From positions 1 to 47,702 of the IMG/VR virus record IMGVR_UViG_3300034341_000353: a stretch of 47,702 nt of DNA; one strand, written 5' to 3'. Positions 1 to 8,522 of this stretch are shown piece after piece (the first letter of the stretch is position 1; each line of letters begins with the position of its first letter). This DNA comes from a virus (lineage: Duplodnaviria; Caudoviricetes). The notes below the pieces were generated by a model that did not search any database, was not told the DNA's origin, and saw only the letters and a program-made list of their open reading frames with translations. Position numbers and translations under genes: made by a program.

Positions 1-180
1 GATCCAGATCAGGTCCAGCATCCAGGACCGTGGACCGCAGCCGAGGACCAGGACCAGGCCCAGGAAAAGTCCCGAATCCTGCACAGGATCCCACGGCTAG
101 TCGCTCCGGGCAGTCGCGGCTCAGGCCAGGCCAAGACCAGGAACCAAGGCCAAACCCCAGGAAAAAGCACGGGGGCTGGG
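1..180. repeat. GC-rich low-complexity CCAGG/GGACC repeat tract, possible genome-end, pac or origin region
   Basis: 117/180 G+C in an AT-rich genome. CCAGG at 22, 48, 54, 60, 126, 137 and 157, all on the + strand. GGACC at 25, 32, 45 and 51. No ORF in the track; followed by A/T tracts. Confidence 0.7.
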
Positions 181-284
181 AAAAAAAGTTAAGTTTCCGT
201 TTTTGGTAAAAAAATTGTATAGCATAGCGTAATACAATCGTTCCAAGTATCTAAAAAAATTTTTATTATATTTTTTTCGTCTAC

Positions 285-325
285 GACGATAGGTAGTTAT
301 ATATTAATAATAGCACCCTATTGTC
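285..325. promoter_or_regulatory. Imperfect inverted repeat upstream of the first + strand gene
   Basis: GACGATAGG (285-293) pairs with CCTATTGTC (317-325) around an AT-rich spacer. Confidence 0.4.
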
Positions 326-367
326 ATATTTTTTAACATTTAAAAAAAGGGCGTAATCATACACGGT

Positions 368-622
368 ATGAGACAACAACTTTCACCACAAGCCAGAAGA
401 GACAAAGCGGCAAGAGATAAAGCTTACGCGATGTCACCAGCTAGGAAAGCAAAAAAAGCTCATGCCCAGCGCGAAAGATCCGCTGCTAAAAAGAAAGGTA
501 TAAACCTAGACGGCAGGGACTACGATCATAAAAGACAAAGCTTTGTTTCAGTAAAATCCAACCGAGGAAACGAAGGGCAAGGAACACGACAAGAAAGCGG
601 AGCAAACTACAACACAGACTAA
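368..622 (+). CDS. Small basic protein, degenerate HNH-like
   Basis: DGRDYDH...VSVKSNRG resembles the GDGxDVDH...NR motif of small phage HNH-like proteins; very Lys/Arg-rich. Confidence 0.55.
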   Translation: MRQQLSPQARRDKAARDKAYAMSPARKAKKAHAQRERSAAKKKGINLDGRDYDHKRQSFVSVKSNRGNEGQGTRQESGANYNTD

Positions 623-623
623 C

Positions 624-1325
624 ATGGCAAGAATCACCACATACGGCATCGATAGTAATATTACCGATGCAGATAAAGTAATAGGCACAGACGCAGAATC
701 GGCGGACCAGTCGAAGAATTATACCATAGGAGGTATAAAAGCACATGTATTAGATGCAGCTGCTAGATCAAACCTATCTTTATTAGGAGTGGGATTAGAT
801 TTCCATTGGTCTTGTAAAGATCCATTTTACAGAAGGGAAAGCTCATTGCATTCACCTTCATCTCCTTTAATATATAGCGCGTTACGAGTAGACTTCCAGA
901 ATCTAGTATTAGAAGACGGGTGTTCTTATAAGCTCGTAGTAGAAAGGCATAGGACTCCATCTAAGAGAAGCAAGAAGTCATACAGAAAAGGGGGTTATAA
1001 AAGAGTAGACATTATAAACCCAAAGGGTCAGCTAGAAGGTAGACTCTCGGAAATAAGCATAACCGCTTTGAAAAATCAATTATTTGATTTCAAATGGGAT
1101 TACTTTTTTGGAGTAAGCAACTTTCCTCAAAAAACAGGGGAGTCTTATAAAGGGTCTCAAAAATATTACGCTGATCAACAACTAGCGTTTAGAATAAAAA
1201 AGACAAATGAGGATGGCACTTTCTTCTATTCACCAATACTTGGCTATTTAGCGGTTAGAGGTATATATGATAAAAACGTGGCACCTAATATAAAAAGAAT
1301 AACATTCGTGGGTAACCACTCATAA
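624..1325 (+). CDS. Putative tail-associated protein with MARIxTY N-terminal anchor
   Basis: N-terminus MARITTYGIDSNITDADKVIGT...KNYT is paralogous to that of 1637..2353; the C-terminal part is unrelated. Confidence 0.6.
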   Translation: MARITTYGIDSNITDADKVIGTDAESADQSKNYTIGGIKAHVLDAAARSNLSLLGVGLDFHWSCKDPFYRRESSLHSPSSPLIYSALRVDFQNLVLEDGCSYKLVVERHRTPSKRSKKSYRKGGYKRVDIINPKGQLEGRLSEISITALKNQLFDFKWDYFFGVSNFPQKTGESYKGSQKYYADQQLAFRIKKTNEDGTFFYSPILGYLAVRGIYDKNVAPNIKRITFVGNHS

Positions 1326-1333
1326 AAACATAA

Positions 1334-1621
1334 TTGGCGTCCTATACGGGTGCTAGGACGAGTTAACGGAAACGGAAACACAACCAGAAACAGAATCAGA
1401 TACGGAGACCAACATTGGACGAGACCCTCGCGAGGGGGATAAAACAGACACTCTAATGGAAAAAACGGGAACGAGGGAGTCACAGTACGAGAAACAGATA
1501 TGGAGACAAGATAACTACCGATGCCGCAAGGCTAGGAGACACTACAGAACCCTACCTCTTCGGAGGGCACTCCATTTGACTGCCAACCCCCTCGGGGGTG
1601 GGCGGGCTACGTGGGCGCCAA
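1334..1621 (+). ncRNA. Putative ~290-nt structured non-coding RNA, no family recognised
   Basis: Terminal stem TTGGCGTCC/GGGCGCCAA. Hairpins: CCCTC-GCGA-GGGGG (1425-1438), GCC-GCAA-GGC (1523-1532), CCTC-TTCG-GAGG (1555-1566), ACCCC-CTCG-GGGGT (1586-1599). GNRA/UUCG loops and G-U pairs point to + strand RNA. Confidence 0.7.
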
Positions 1622-1636
1622 AAATATTATTAGTAA

Positions 1637-2353
1637 ATGGCAAGAATTAGTACTTATGGTATTGACGCTAATCCTGAATTAGCAGACAAAGTAATTGGTA
1701 CTGCCCAGGGAGAGGGACGCCAGACTAAAAACTACACATTAGAAGACGTATCAGATCTGATTAACCACACTAATAGCTTAGGCGTGGCAGATCAAGCTGT
1801 GTTTCTTTTTCAATCCGATATTTCCGAGGGCAGAAGCCCTGGGTGTATAAGCTTCATATCTGGGGGAGGAGTTGGAACTAGTTTTACAAGTATAACAAGT
1901 ATTCTGATGAGTAAAACTGGCGCCGGCGGAAAACCGATGTCAAACTTCTTGCCTTTATTTCAAGGTAAAGATGTAATAATAGCTAATACCAAAAATATAA
2001 ATTCTTTTGGTACATATAAAGTAATAAACATGCAGGACTATCCAAAAAATCCTGACTTCCTAGAAATTACTTTAACTAATTATGACTCAAGCGGTGAATT
2101 AGACCACAACGCTTATTACATATTTAGCGAATTTCAAAACGCAGAAAACGGCGGCGGAGATCTTAACTTAACATACTCTCCTCCGGCATCACAAAAAGTG
2201 TGGACTATAACTCATAACCTTGGCAAAAACCCCTCCGTATCAGTAGCAGACTCTGCTGGAACATGGGTAGTTGGTGAGGTAGAATACTTAAGCAATAACG
2301 AATTAACCATAACATTTAACTCCAGTTTCTCTGGGGTTGCATATTTAAACTAA
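1637..2353 (+). CDS. Tail fibre/adaptor protein (MARISTY anchor plus C-terminal THNLG beta domain)
   Basis: N-terminus shared with 624..1325; C-terminal WTITHNLGKNPSVSV...LTITF...SGVAYLN domain typical of phage tail proteins. Confidence 0.65.
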   Translation: MARISTYGIDANPELADKVIGTAQGEGRQTKNYTLEDVSDLINHTNSLGVADQAVFLFQSDISEGRSPGCISFISGGGVGTSFTSITSILMSKTGAGGKPMSNFLPLFQGKDVIIANTKNINSFGTYKVINMQDYPKNPDFLEITLTNYDSSGELDHNAYYIFSEFQNAENGGGDLNLTYSPPASQKVWTITHNLGKNPSVSVADSAGTWVVGEVEYLSNNELTITFNSSFSGVAYLN

Positions 2354-2362
2354 AAAAAACAA

Positions 2363-4435
2363 ATGGCTTTAAATTTTTTAACGGGATTAGACATAAAAGG
2401 GAATGTCGATCTAAACAAGAAAGAACTGCAAAATGCAGTTATTCAAAACTTAGGCACAGCACCTTCAGGACCCTTAGAAGGCCAGATATACTACGATACC
2501 GGTGTAGATAAATTAAAGCTATATACTGCTGGTGGTTGGCTCACAATACCAGATGGTAATACAGCAGCAAATGATTTCTTAACGGGATTAGGCTTCAACA
2601 CTAGTAATGGGGTGCTAACCGCTACGGTTAAAAATCAAAGTGCTGTAACAGTTGATTTAGACGGTAGATATGCATTAACTAGCGACATACCGGTAGTTAA
2701 CAATGGAACATTAACTCTAAGCACTAGTACAGGCCTTGACGGTGGAGCTACTTTTACGGCTAACCAGTCAGGAAATTCAACATTTAATGTAACATTAGAC
2801 TTGTCGGAACTTGCGGATATGACGCAAGCTATGGTGGGCACGGATGAATTTATAGTGTTAGACTCAGGTGCTGAGCGAAGAAAAGCAGCTAGCGAGATCG
2901 GGTTAAGTATATTTAATAACGATGCAAATTTCATCACATCGGGTGACTTACCTACAGTGGGTAACGGTACTTTAACAGTACAAGGAACTGGCGTATTGGG
3001 AGGCACGGGAACTTTCTCTGCTAATCAATCGACAGCTTCAACGATATCAATAACACATGATAATGTAGCTAGAACAAACACTACTAGCACTGGCTCAGGT
3101 ACTACTTTCGCTTTTATTGACTCTGTTAGCGCTACCGCCCAAGGTCACTTAACAGGTGTTAATGTAAAGACGCAAACAATACCTAATGACAACACGACTT
3201 CATTACCCGTTAAAAATGCAGCGGGCAATACTGAATTCACATCGACAGACGCTACTGGTGTAAGATTTGAAGGCGGAACAAATGTAACCGTTGGTTTTAC
3301 ATCATCTGATCAAACGGTAAAAATAAACAGTACAGATCAATATCAAGGTACAGTTACAGGTGTTGCAACAAATACAGGCGGAACAATTGAAATTACAGCC
3401 TCCTCTACAGTGCCTAAAGTGTCTACAAAAACAGCAGCTATTGTAAACAATGGGACAGCATTAGCAACTGGAGATCAAATCTATGATTTTGTTACAGCTC
3501 AAATTGGCAACATTCCTTCGGGACTAGCTTTTGAGGGAAGTTGGGATGCTAGTTCTGGTAGTGCACCATCTGCGTCTCCATCTAATGGACAATTTTGGAT
3601 TGTATCTGTAAATGGTTCGACCAACCTATCCGGAATCACAGACTGGAAAGTTGGTGACTGGGCTATATATGTAGAGCAAGGAGCTGGTACAGATGCGTGG
3701 CAAAAAATAGATAACACTTCTGTATTATCAGGTAACGGAACAAGCGGTAGAGTAACATTCTGGAATGGAACATCAACTCTTACTAGTGACGCTGGTATGA
3801 CATATAACGCATCATCTAACGCGTTAACTATTACTGGGGTTATGACTGCTTCTGGCGGAAATTCTACTAATTGGAATTCAGCTTATACAGCAACAAACGC
3901 ATTTACTACGGTTGGGGCAAACCTAACTAAGTTAGCAAACCCTAGCGCAATTAGATTTATAAAAATAAACGCTAACAATACAGTAACAGCAAGAACAGCC
4001 TCTCAGTTTAGAGCTGATATAGGTGCTGGTACTAGTAGCACCACGGGTACCGTAAGAAGTATTGCAACTTCTGCCCCAATAACAGGAGGTACTATAACTG
4101 ATACAGGTACGATAGGAATATCTAACGCAACTAGTAGTGCTGTTGGTGCTGCGAGGGTGGCCGCGGGTACAGGTATTTCTGTAGCAGTTTCGAATGGTGT
4201 ATTTACTGTAACAAACACGGAAAGAAATTCACAAAATACTCTTGCTGTGAATGTTCCTTTGAACGGGGTTATTACACATAATTTCAATACAAAGGATGTT
4301 ATAGTACAATTGTTTGACGCGACTACAAATCAAACAGTATACGCAGATATAACTAGAGCAGCAAATACCATTACGGTTTCTTATTCTTCACCTCCTACGA
4401 ATGTAATAAGAGCTTTAATACAAAAAATAGGATAA
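2363..4435 (+). CDS. Long tail fibre protein
   Basis: 690 aa, T/G/S/N-rich. APSGPLEGQIYYDT motif, duplicated NGTLT...GTF(T/S)ANQS unit, FEGSWDAS...WKVGDW module and C-terminal ITHNF domain. Confidence 0.8.
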   Translation: MALNFLTGLDIKGNVDLNKKELQNAVIQNLGTAPSGPLEGQIYYDTGVDKLKLYTAGGWLTIPDGNTAANDFLTGLGFNTSNGVLTATVKNQSAVTVDLDGRYALTSDIPVVNNGTLTLSTSTGLDGGATFTANQSGNSTFNVTLDLSELADMTQAMVGTDEFIVLDSGAERRKAASEIGLSIFNNDANFITSGDLPTVGNGTLTVQGTGVLGGTGTFSANQSTASTISITHDNVARTNTTSTGSGTTFAFIDSVSATAQGHLTGVNVKTQTIPNDNTTSLPVKNAAGNTEFTSTDATGVRFEGGTNVTVGFTSSDQTVKINSTDQYQGTVTGVATNTGGTIEITASSTVPKVSTKTAAIVNNGTALATGDQIYDFVTAQIGNIPSGLAFEGSWDASSGSAPSASPSNGQFWIVSVNGSTNLSGITDWKVGDWAIYVEQGAGTDAWQKIDNTSVLSGNGTSGRVTFWNGTSTLTSDAGMTYNASSNALTITGVMTASGGNSTNWNSAYTATNAFTTVGANLTKLANPSAIRFIKINANNTVTARTASQFRADIGAGTSSTTGTVRSIATSAPITGGTITDTGTIGISNATSSAVGAARVAAGTGISVAVSNGVFTVTNTERNSQNTLAVNVPLNGVITHNFNTKDVIVQLFDATTNQTVYADITRAANTITVSYSSPPTNVIRALIQKIG

Positions 4436-4463
4436 TAAAAATAATAAAATCTAATATACGTCT

Positions 4464-5204
4464 ATGAAGTTTTTAAGTGGCATTGACGTGGACACTAAAA
4501 CACTGTTCACAGACACAGCAAACAATAGGGTTGGCATTAACATTACTAATGCTTATGCCACCTTAGCTGTTGGCGGTAACGCTATCGGAGGAGACGCGTC
4601 CACTTGCCATTCTTCCGACGGTATAGCCTGGGGGATTGACTCGGTAGCTAAAACCGAAAAATCTAATTTTGCTTTTGGATATGGTGTAGTAACTGCTTAT
4701 GGCAATAATTCCAATCAAAAAATAGCAAATGGGCCAGGGCAGTTTGTGTGTGGTATTTATAATGTTGGAAGAACAAAAGCCATCCACCGATTTGCAGTAG
4801 GTAACGGTATGAATGACGAAACACGACATACTGCTTTTTGCGTTACAAGTAAAGACTATGTAGGTATAAACAAATCAAACCCCACTTATAATTTAGATGT
4901 AAGCAAAGACGCTAGAATAGACGGAACAGTTACAGCTAGTAACTTTGTTTTATCTTCAGATAAAAATTTAAAATACAATATAAAAGATCTAAATCCAGCA
5001 CCTATAAAAGTTAACTGGAAGTCTTTCTTCTTCAATAACAATGAAGGAGATTATAGAACTGGTGTTATAGCGCAGGAATTAGAAGAAACCCACCCCGAGT
5101 TTGTATCTGAGGACAGGGAAGGGATGAAGACAGTGAAGTATATAGATCTATTAGTAGCAAAAATAGCGGAACTAGAAGATAGGCTACAAAAAGCTGGAAT
5201 ATAA
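4464..5204 (+). CDS. Tail fibre/spike with C-terminal intramolecular chaperone (peptidase S74)
   Basis: NNRVGIN and YVGINKSNPTYNLDV repeats; SDKNLKYNI autocleavage motif, GVIAQELE and C-terminal coiled coil. Confidence 0.85.
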   Translation: MKFLSGIDVDTKTLFTDTANNRVGINITNAYATLAVGGNAIGGDASTCHSSDGIAWGIDSVAKTEKSNFAFGYGVVTAYGNNSNQKIANGPGQFVCGIYNVGRTKAIHRFAVGNGMNDETRHTAFCVTSKDYVGINKSNPTYNLDVSKDARIDGTVTASNFVLSSDKNLKYNIKDLNPAPIKVNWKSFFFNNNEGDYRTGVIAQELEETHPEFVSEDREGMKTVKYIDLLVAKIAELEDRLQKAGI

Positions 5205-5626
5205 TGGCTACGTCTGTACCAAATACAAACACGTTTTCAATGCAAGACGTTAAAAACGTTACAGATGCCAATGATTTAATACGAGCGTTTTCTGTAGCAG
5301 AAAATGATGGTTTTGATTCAGAATATTCAGGCGAAAAGAATAGCCTTTATAATTTTAGGAACTATAGAGGAAGAGCTTTATATGATATAGAAAGAGGTCT
5401 TACATTATTTAAAGGCTGGGCATGCAGGGATAGTAAGTTTATTAAAGCTAAATACCTAGGGTTTTCTAGTACACAAATATCTGTAGGTGATACAGTTTTT
5501 TATGATGCAAATAGTAATACCGTGTTAAGCGATGGTTACTATTATATACCCGCTGGTCAGACGGGTTATGGCATTCAAATACAAGGCCAAGGTAAAGTTA
5601 TCCGTGTAGCACCCTGTACTCGTTAA
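5204..5626 (+). CDS. Small tail-fibre-associated (tip) protein
   Basis: Translationally coupled (TAATG) to the S74 fibre gene; N-terminal FSMQDV...LYNFRNY and a C-terminal Cys-bounded VGDTVFYD...DGYYY module. Confidence 0.55.
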   Translation: MATSVPNTNTFSMQDVKNVTDANDLIRAFSVAENDGFDSEYSGEKNSLYNFRNYRGRALYDIERGLTLFKGWACRDSKFIKAKYLGFSSTQISVGDTVFYDANSNTVLSDGYYYIPAGQTGYGIQIQGQGKVIRVAPCTR

Positions 5627-5641
5627 GTAATTGTAAAAGCA

Positions 5642-5656
5642 AGTGATTATATCACT
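5642..5656. promoter_or_regulatory. Perfect inverted repeat AGTGAT-TAT-ATCACT, candidate operator upstream of the chaperonin module
   Basis: Seen directly in the intergenic gap 5627-5689. Confidence 0.35.
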
Positions 5657-5689
5657 ATAAACCAATGTCAAATTAAAAACCAAAACCAA

Positions 5690-6004
5690 ATGACACTTTA
5701 TTACCAGACTAATTCGTGGTCTAGTCAACCACAACCAGGAGAAAACCGTACTAAACTATGGAAGCACATTGCTGAAAAAAAGAACTGGAGAATAACCCAA
5801 TTACCGAATGGGTACTATCAAACGGAATACAAGGACATCGATTGCCCTTGTGATCCAGAAAAAGATACATGCTGCGAAAAATGGCACGATGTTACAAGGC
5901 GAGAAACTATGGAAGCCGCTGAGACATCAATAGATAAGACCATTGAGCATTATAATAAAAAATTAGAATTTTTAAATGGACCAAAGGTTGTAAAAACCTT
6001 TTAA
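5690..6004 (+). CDS. Hypothetical phage protein
   Basis: 104-aa ORF with A-rich leader; WRITQLPNGYYQTE motif and a Cys cluster (CPCDPEKDTCC). Confidence 0.7.
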   Translation: MTLYYQTNSWSSQPQPGENRTKLWKHIAEKKNWRITQLPNGYYQTEYKDIDCPCDPEKDTCCEKWHDVTRRETMEAAETSIDKTIEHYNKKLEFLNGPKVVKTF

Positions 6005-6008
6005 AGAC

Positions 6009-6234
6009 TTTGAGTAGTTCAATACTTTAGCAGGGGAACTTGCCTCAGGCGCTATAAGCTTACAAGCCTACTCAAATACACTTCAAGGAGCGTATCCGAA
6101 AGACCCAACTCGTGCCACGCACAGCCAACCCTAACTTTAACCCCCGCACTGCGGTGTGAGGGTTATAACCTGGGCCTTACATTTGGCGGTAAGGGTGCTA
6201 ACGGGTGCGAGCTAAGTATAGGGTACGCTCGGAG
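6009..6234 (+). ncRNA. Putative structured RNA (two domains) upstream of groEL
   Basis: Stems: TTTGAGTAG/CTACTCAAA (6009-6017/6068-6076); GAGCGTATCC/GGGTACGCTC (6088-6097/6221-6230); CTCGTGCC/GGTGCGAG (6109-6116/6204-6211); TAACCC/GGGTTA enclosing CGCAC-TGCG-GTGTG; CCTTAC/GTAAGG. Several G-U pairs. Confidence 0.65.
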
Positions 6235-6271
6235 GAGTAAAATAAAAAAAATTAAATTCAAATTAAATATA

Positions 6272-7828
6272 ATGGAATACAATAATCCTAATGAGATTGT
6301 AAAAACTCTCACTTTTGGCGACACTGCCAAAAAAGAAATAATGCAAGGAGTCGAAAAATTGGCAAGCGCAGTTAAGAGCACTTTGGGTGCATCTGGAAAA
6401 TGCGTGATTTATGAAGACGCCCTTGGAAGACCGGTTATAACAAAAGACGGTGTAACCGTTGCAGACAGCGTAGTCTTATTACATCCGGTTGAAAATATAG
6501 GTGCCACTCTTATAAAAGAAGCGGCCAATAACACAGTTAAGGAGGCTGGCGACGGTACAACAACAGCAACCGTGTTAGCTGACTCACTATTAAAAATAGC
6601 TAACGAAAAATTAAATGAAGCAGAAGTTAGAGACATTAAAGCAGGCATTCTTAGTTGTGCTGATAAAATTAAAATACATCTTGATAAGACCAGTACTCCA
6701 GTTAAAGGCCCTATGCTTAAAAATGTTGCTATTATTAGCTGCAACAACGACGAAGAGCTTGGAACCAAAATTGGAGAAGCTTATGAAAAAGTTGGCCCTA
6801 ATGGCGTCGTACTAATGGAAGAGTCTGAGACGAATGAGACGTATGTTGATTTTGTCGAAGGTGTGCAGTTCGATTCTAAAATCAGATCTAATCACTTGAC
6901 CACAGACAAAGATAAAGGTACAGCCACCCTGGAGAATCCTATGGTTCTTATTGTGTCTTCTCCTATACCTAATATTAGGAGAATACAAAACGTGCTTGAG
7001 CACGCGGTAAAGAACAAGCGTAGTTTGCTTATTGTGGCGGAGGTTGAACAGCAGCCATTTGCAACCCTAGTAGCCAATAAGGTAAAAGGGAACATTAAAG
7101 TGAACATTGTGGATCCTCCAGGCTTTGGACCAACACGTAATGAGTCTATAGAAGACTTAGCGATATTAACAAACGCTACAGTTATAAACGAGGAGTTAGG
7201 GGATGATTTAGACTTAATAGATGTATCAGTACTAGGAGAAGCTATAAAGTCTGTTACAGATGATAAAAACACTGTTATACAAGTTTTAGAAGGCAACGAA
7301 GAATTAGAAGAAAGAATAGAACTAGTGAAAACAAAAATGAAGAACGAAACAAACCCGTTCTTTGTTAAAAAGCTAGAACAGCGTTTGTCTATGTTGACCG
7401 GAAGTGTTGGCATAATAAAAGTAGGCGCTGACTCTAAAGTTGAACTAAAAGAAAAGAAGGATAGAGTTGAAGATGCCATATATGCGACAAAAGCTGCTTA
7501 TAAAGAAGGTATTGTTGCCGGTGGTGGAGTTGCTTTGTTAAACGCTTCTAATAAAATAAAACCGTCCAATAAAGGGGAAGAGGTTTTGCTCGAGGCAATC
7601 AGAGCTCCGTATTATACAATACTAGATAACGCTGGTATTGTTGAAATAAAGAAACAAACAGTAAAAAATAGAGGGATAGACGTTAAAACCGGCAAAGAAG
7701 TTAATATGCTTAAAGCGGGTATTATAGACCCCGTGTTAGTTACAAAATCAGCTCTTAAAAACGCAGTAAGTGTAGTTACAACAATAATATCTGCAGACTG
7801 TGTAATCAGTAATAAAAGATTAGCATAA
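6272..7828 (+). CDS. groEL: Phage-encoded chaperonin GroEL (Cpn60)
   Basis: ITKDGVTVA, AGDGTTTATVLA, RVEDAIYATKAA, GIVAGGG and GIIDP motifs; lacks the GGM tail. Confidence 0.97.
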   Translation: MEYNNPNEIVKTLTFGDTAKKEIMQGVEKLASAVKSTLGASGKCVIYEDALGRPVITKDGVTVADSVVLLHPVENIGATLIKEAANNTVKEAGDGTTTATVLADSLLKIANEKLNEAEVRDIKAGILSCADKIKIHLDKTSTPVKGPMLKNVAIISCNNDEELGTKIGEAYEKVGPNGVVLMEESETNETYVDFVEGVQFDSKIRSNHLTTDKDKGTATLENPMVLIVSSPIPNIRRIQNVLEHAVKNKRSLLIVAEVEQQPFATLVANKVKGNIKVNIVDPPGFGPTRNESIEDLAILTNATVINEELGDDLDLIDVSVLGEAIKSVTDDKNTVIQVLEGNEELEERIELVKTKMKNETNPFFVKKLEQRLSMLTGSVGIIKVGADSKVELKEKKDRVEDAIYATKAAYKEGIVAGGGVALLNASNKIKPSNKGEEVLLEAIRAPYYTILDNAGIVEIKKQTVKNRGIDVKTGKEVNMLKAGIIDPVLVTKSALKNAVSVVTTIISADCVISNKRLA

Positions 7829-8085
7829 TGAAAGCAATTAATTATTACTTAATAGTAGACAAAATAAAAGAAGCCCCTAAAAAAGTAGCAGGCCTAGAGT
7901 TAACTGAAAAGCAAAACTCTGAAGTTCGATACCTAAGGGCAGAGGTTATAAGTGTGGGCGAAAATGTGCCAATGATAAAAACAGGTGATATAGTCAGATA
8001 TGACAAACACGCAGGTCACGGTATAGAATGGAAGGATAAATTATATTATGTTTTAAAAGCTCCCGATGTAGTCATCATAGAATGA
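7828..8085 (+). CDS. groES: Co-chaperonin GroES (Cpn10)
   Basis: AEVISVG, IKTGDIVRYDKHAG; 85 aa; coupled to groEL. Confidence 0.9.
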   Translation: MKAINYYLIVDKIKEAPKKVAGLELTEKQNSEVRYLRAEVISVGENVPMIKTGDIVRYDKHAGHGIEWKDKLYYVLKAPDVVIIE

Positions 8086-8522
8086 AATTCACAGGACAAG
8101 ACATAAGAGATATGAATCTATTTAAGTATTACAGGCTTGTCAGAAGATGGGCTTGTAAAACTTACAACTTAAAAGATGCTGACTTAGAACTTCTTGTTTA
8201 TCTTGATTGTAAAAAACTATTTACTAGAAATGATTTTATTAATGGTACTTATACTTATAGTTGGGATAAAAATCGCTGGGAGCGATTAAGAAGAGAAGGG
8301 TGGATAGATGTATTTAAAGAAAGAAATAGAACTACTTCTAAGTTTGCAGTTTATAAAGTTTCACACAAAGGTATAAACCTCATCATGCGAATGTACAGGA
8401 TATTACTGGGTCAAGAGGATATGCCTACTTCTCAAAGGAGCACCTTTTATAAGAATAAATCGTATACTGATAAAGTTTATAATAAAGCTATAGATGATAT
8501 GATACATGATAAAGAACGATAA
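8082..8522 (+). CDS. Hypothetical protein, possible winged-helix DNA-binding protein
   Basis: DLELLVYL...WERLRREGWIDV...YKVSHKG resembles a MarR-type wHTH. Confidence 0.45.
   Translation: MKFTGQDIRDMNLFKYYRLVRRWACKTYNLKDADLELLVYLDCKKLFTRNDFINGTYTYSWDKNRWERLRREGWIDVFKERNRTTSKFAVYKVSHKGINLIMRMYRILLGQEDMPTSQRSTFYKNKSYTDKVYNKAIDDMIHDKER

Noticed and set aside
1-180. CRISPR array
   Set aside because: Repeats are 5-6 bp and irregular, with no constant repeat-spacer period.
1361-1520. AAC-rich tract as a diversity-generating retroelement template repeat
   Set aside because: I found no matching variable repeat in the tail genes by eye, and no reverse transcriptase is present in the window. A self-alignment tolerating A mismatches would settle it.
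1336-1620. tRNA or tmRNA gene
   Set aside because: An acceptor-like stem is present, but there is no TTCRA T-loop, no encoded CCA, no G3-U70 pair and no tag-like reading frame.
1456-1650. 64-aa ORF (and 1244..1483 on the minus strand) as real genes
   Set aside because: They overlap the hairpin-rich element, have atypical composition and overlap neighbouring genes.
6409-7479. Antisense ORFs within groEL, and similar ones within fibre, portal and giant genes
   Set aside because: These are typical antisense shadows of strongly biased coding sequence, with no independent evidence.
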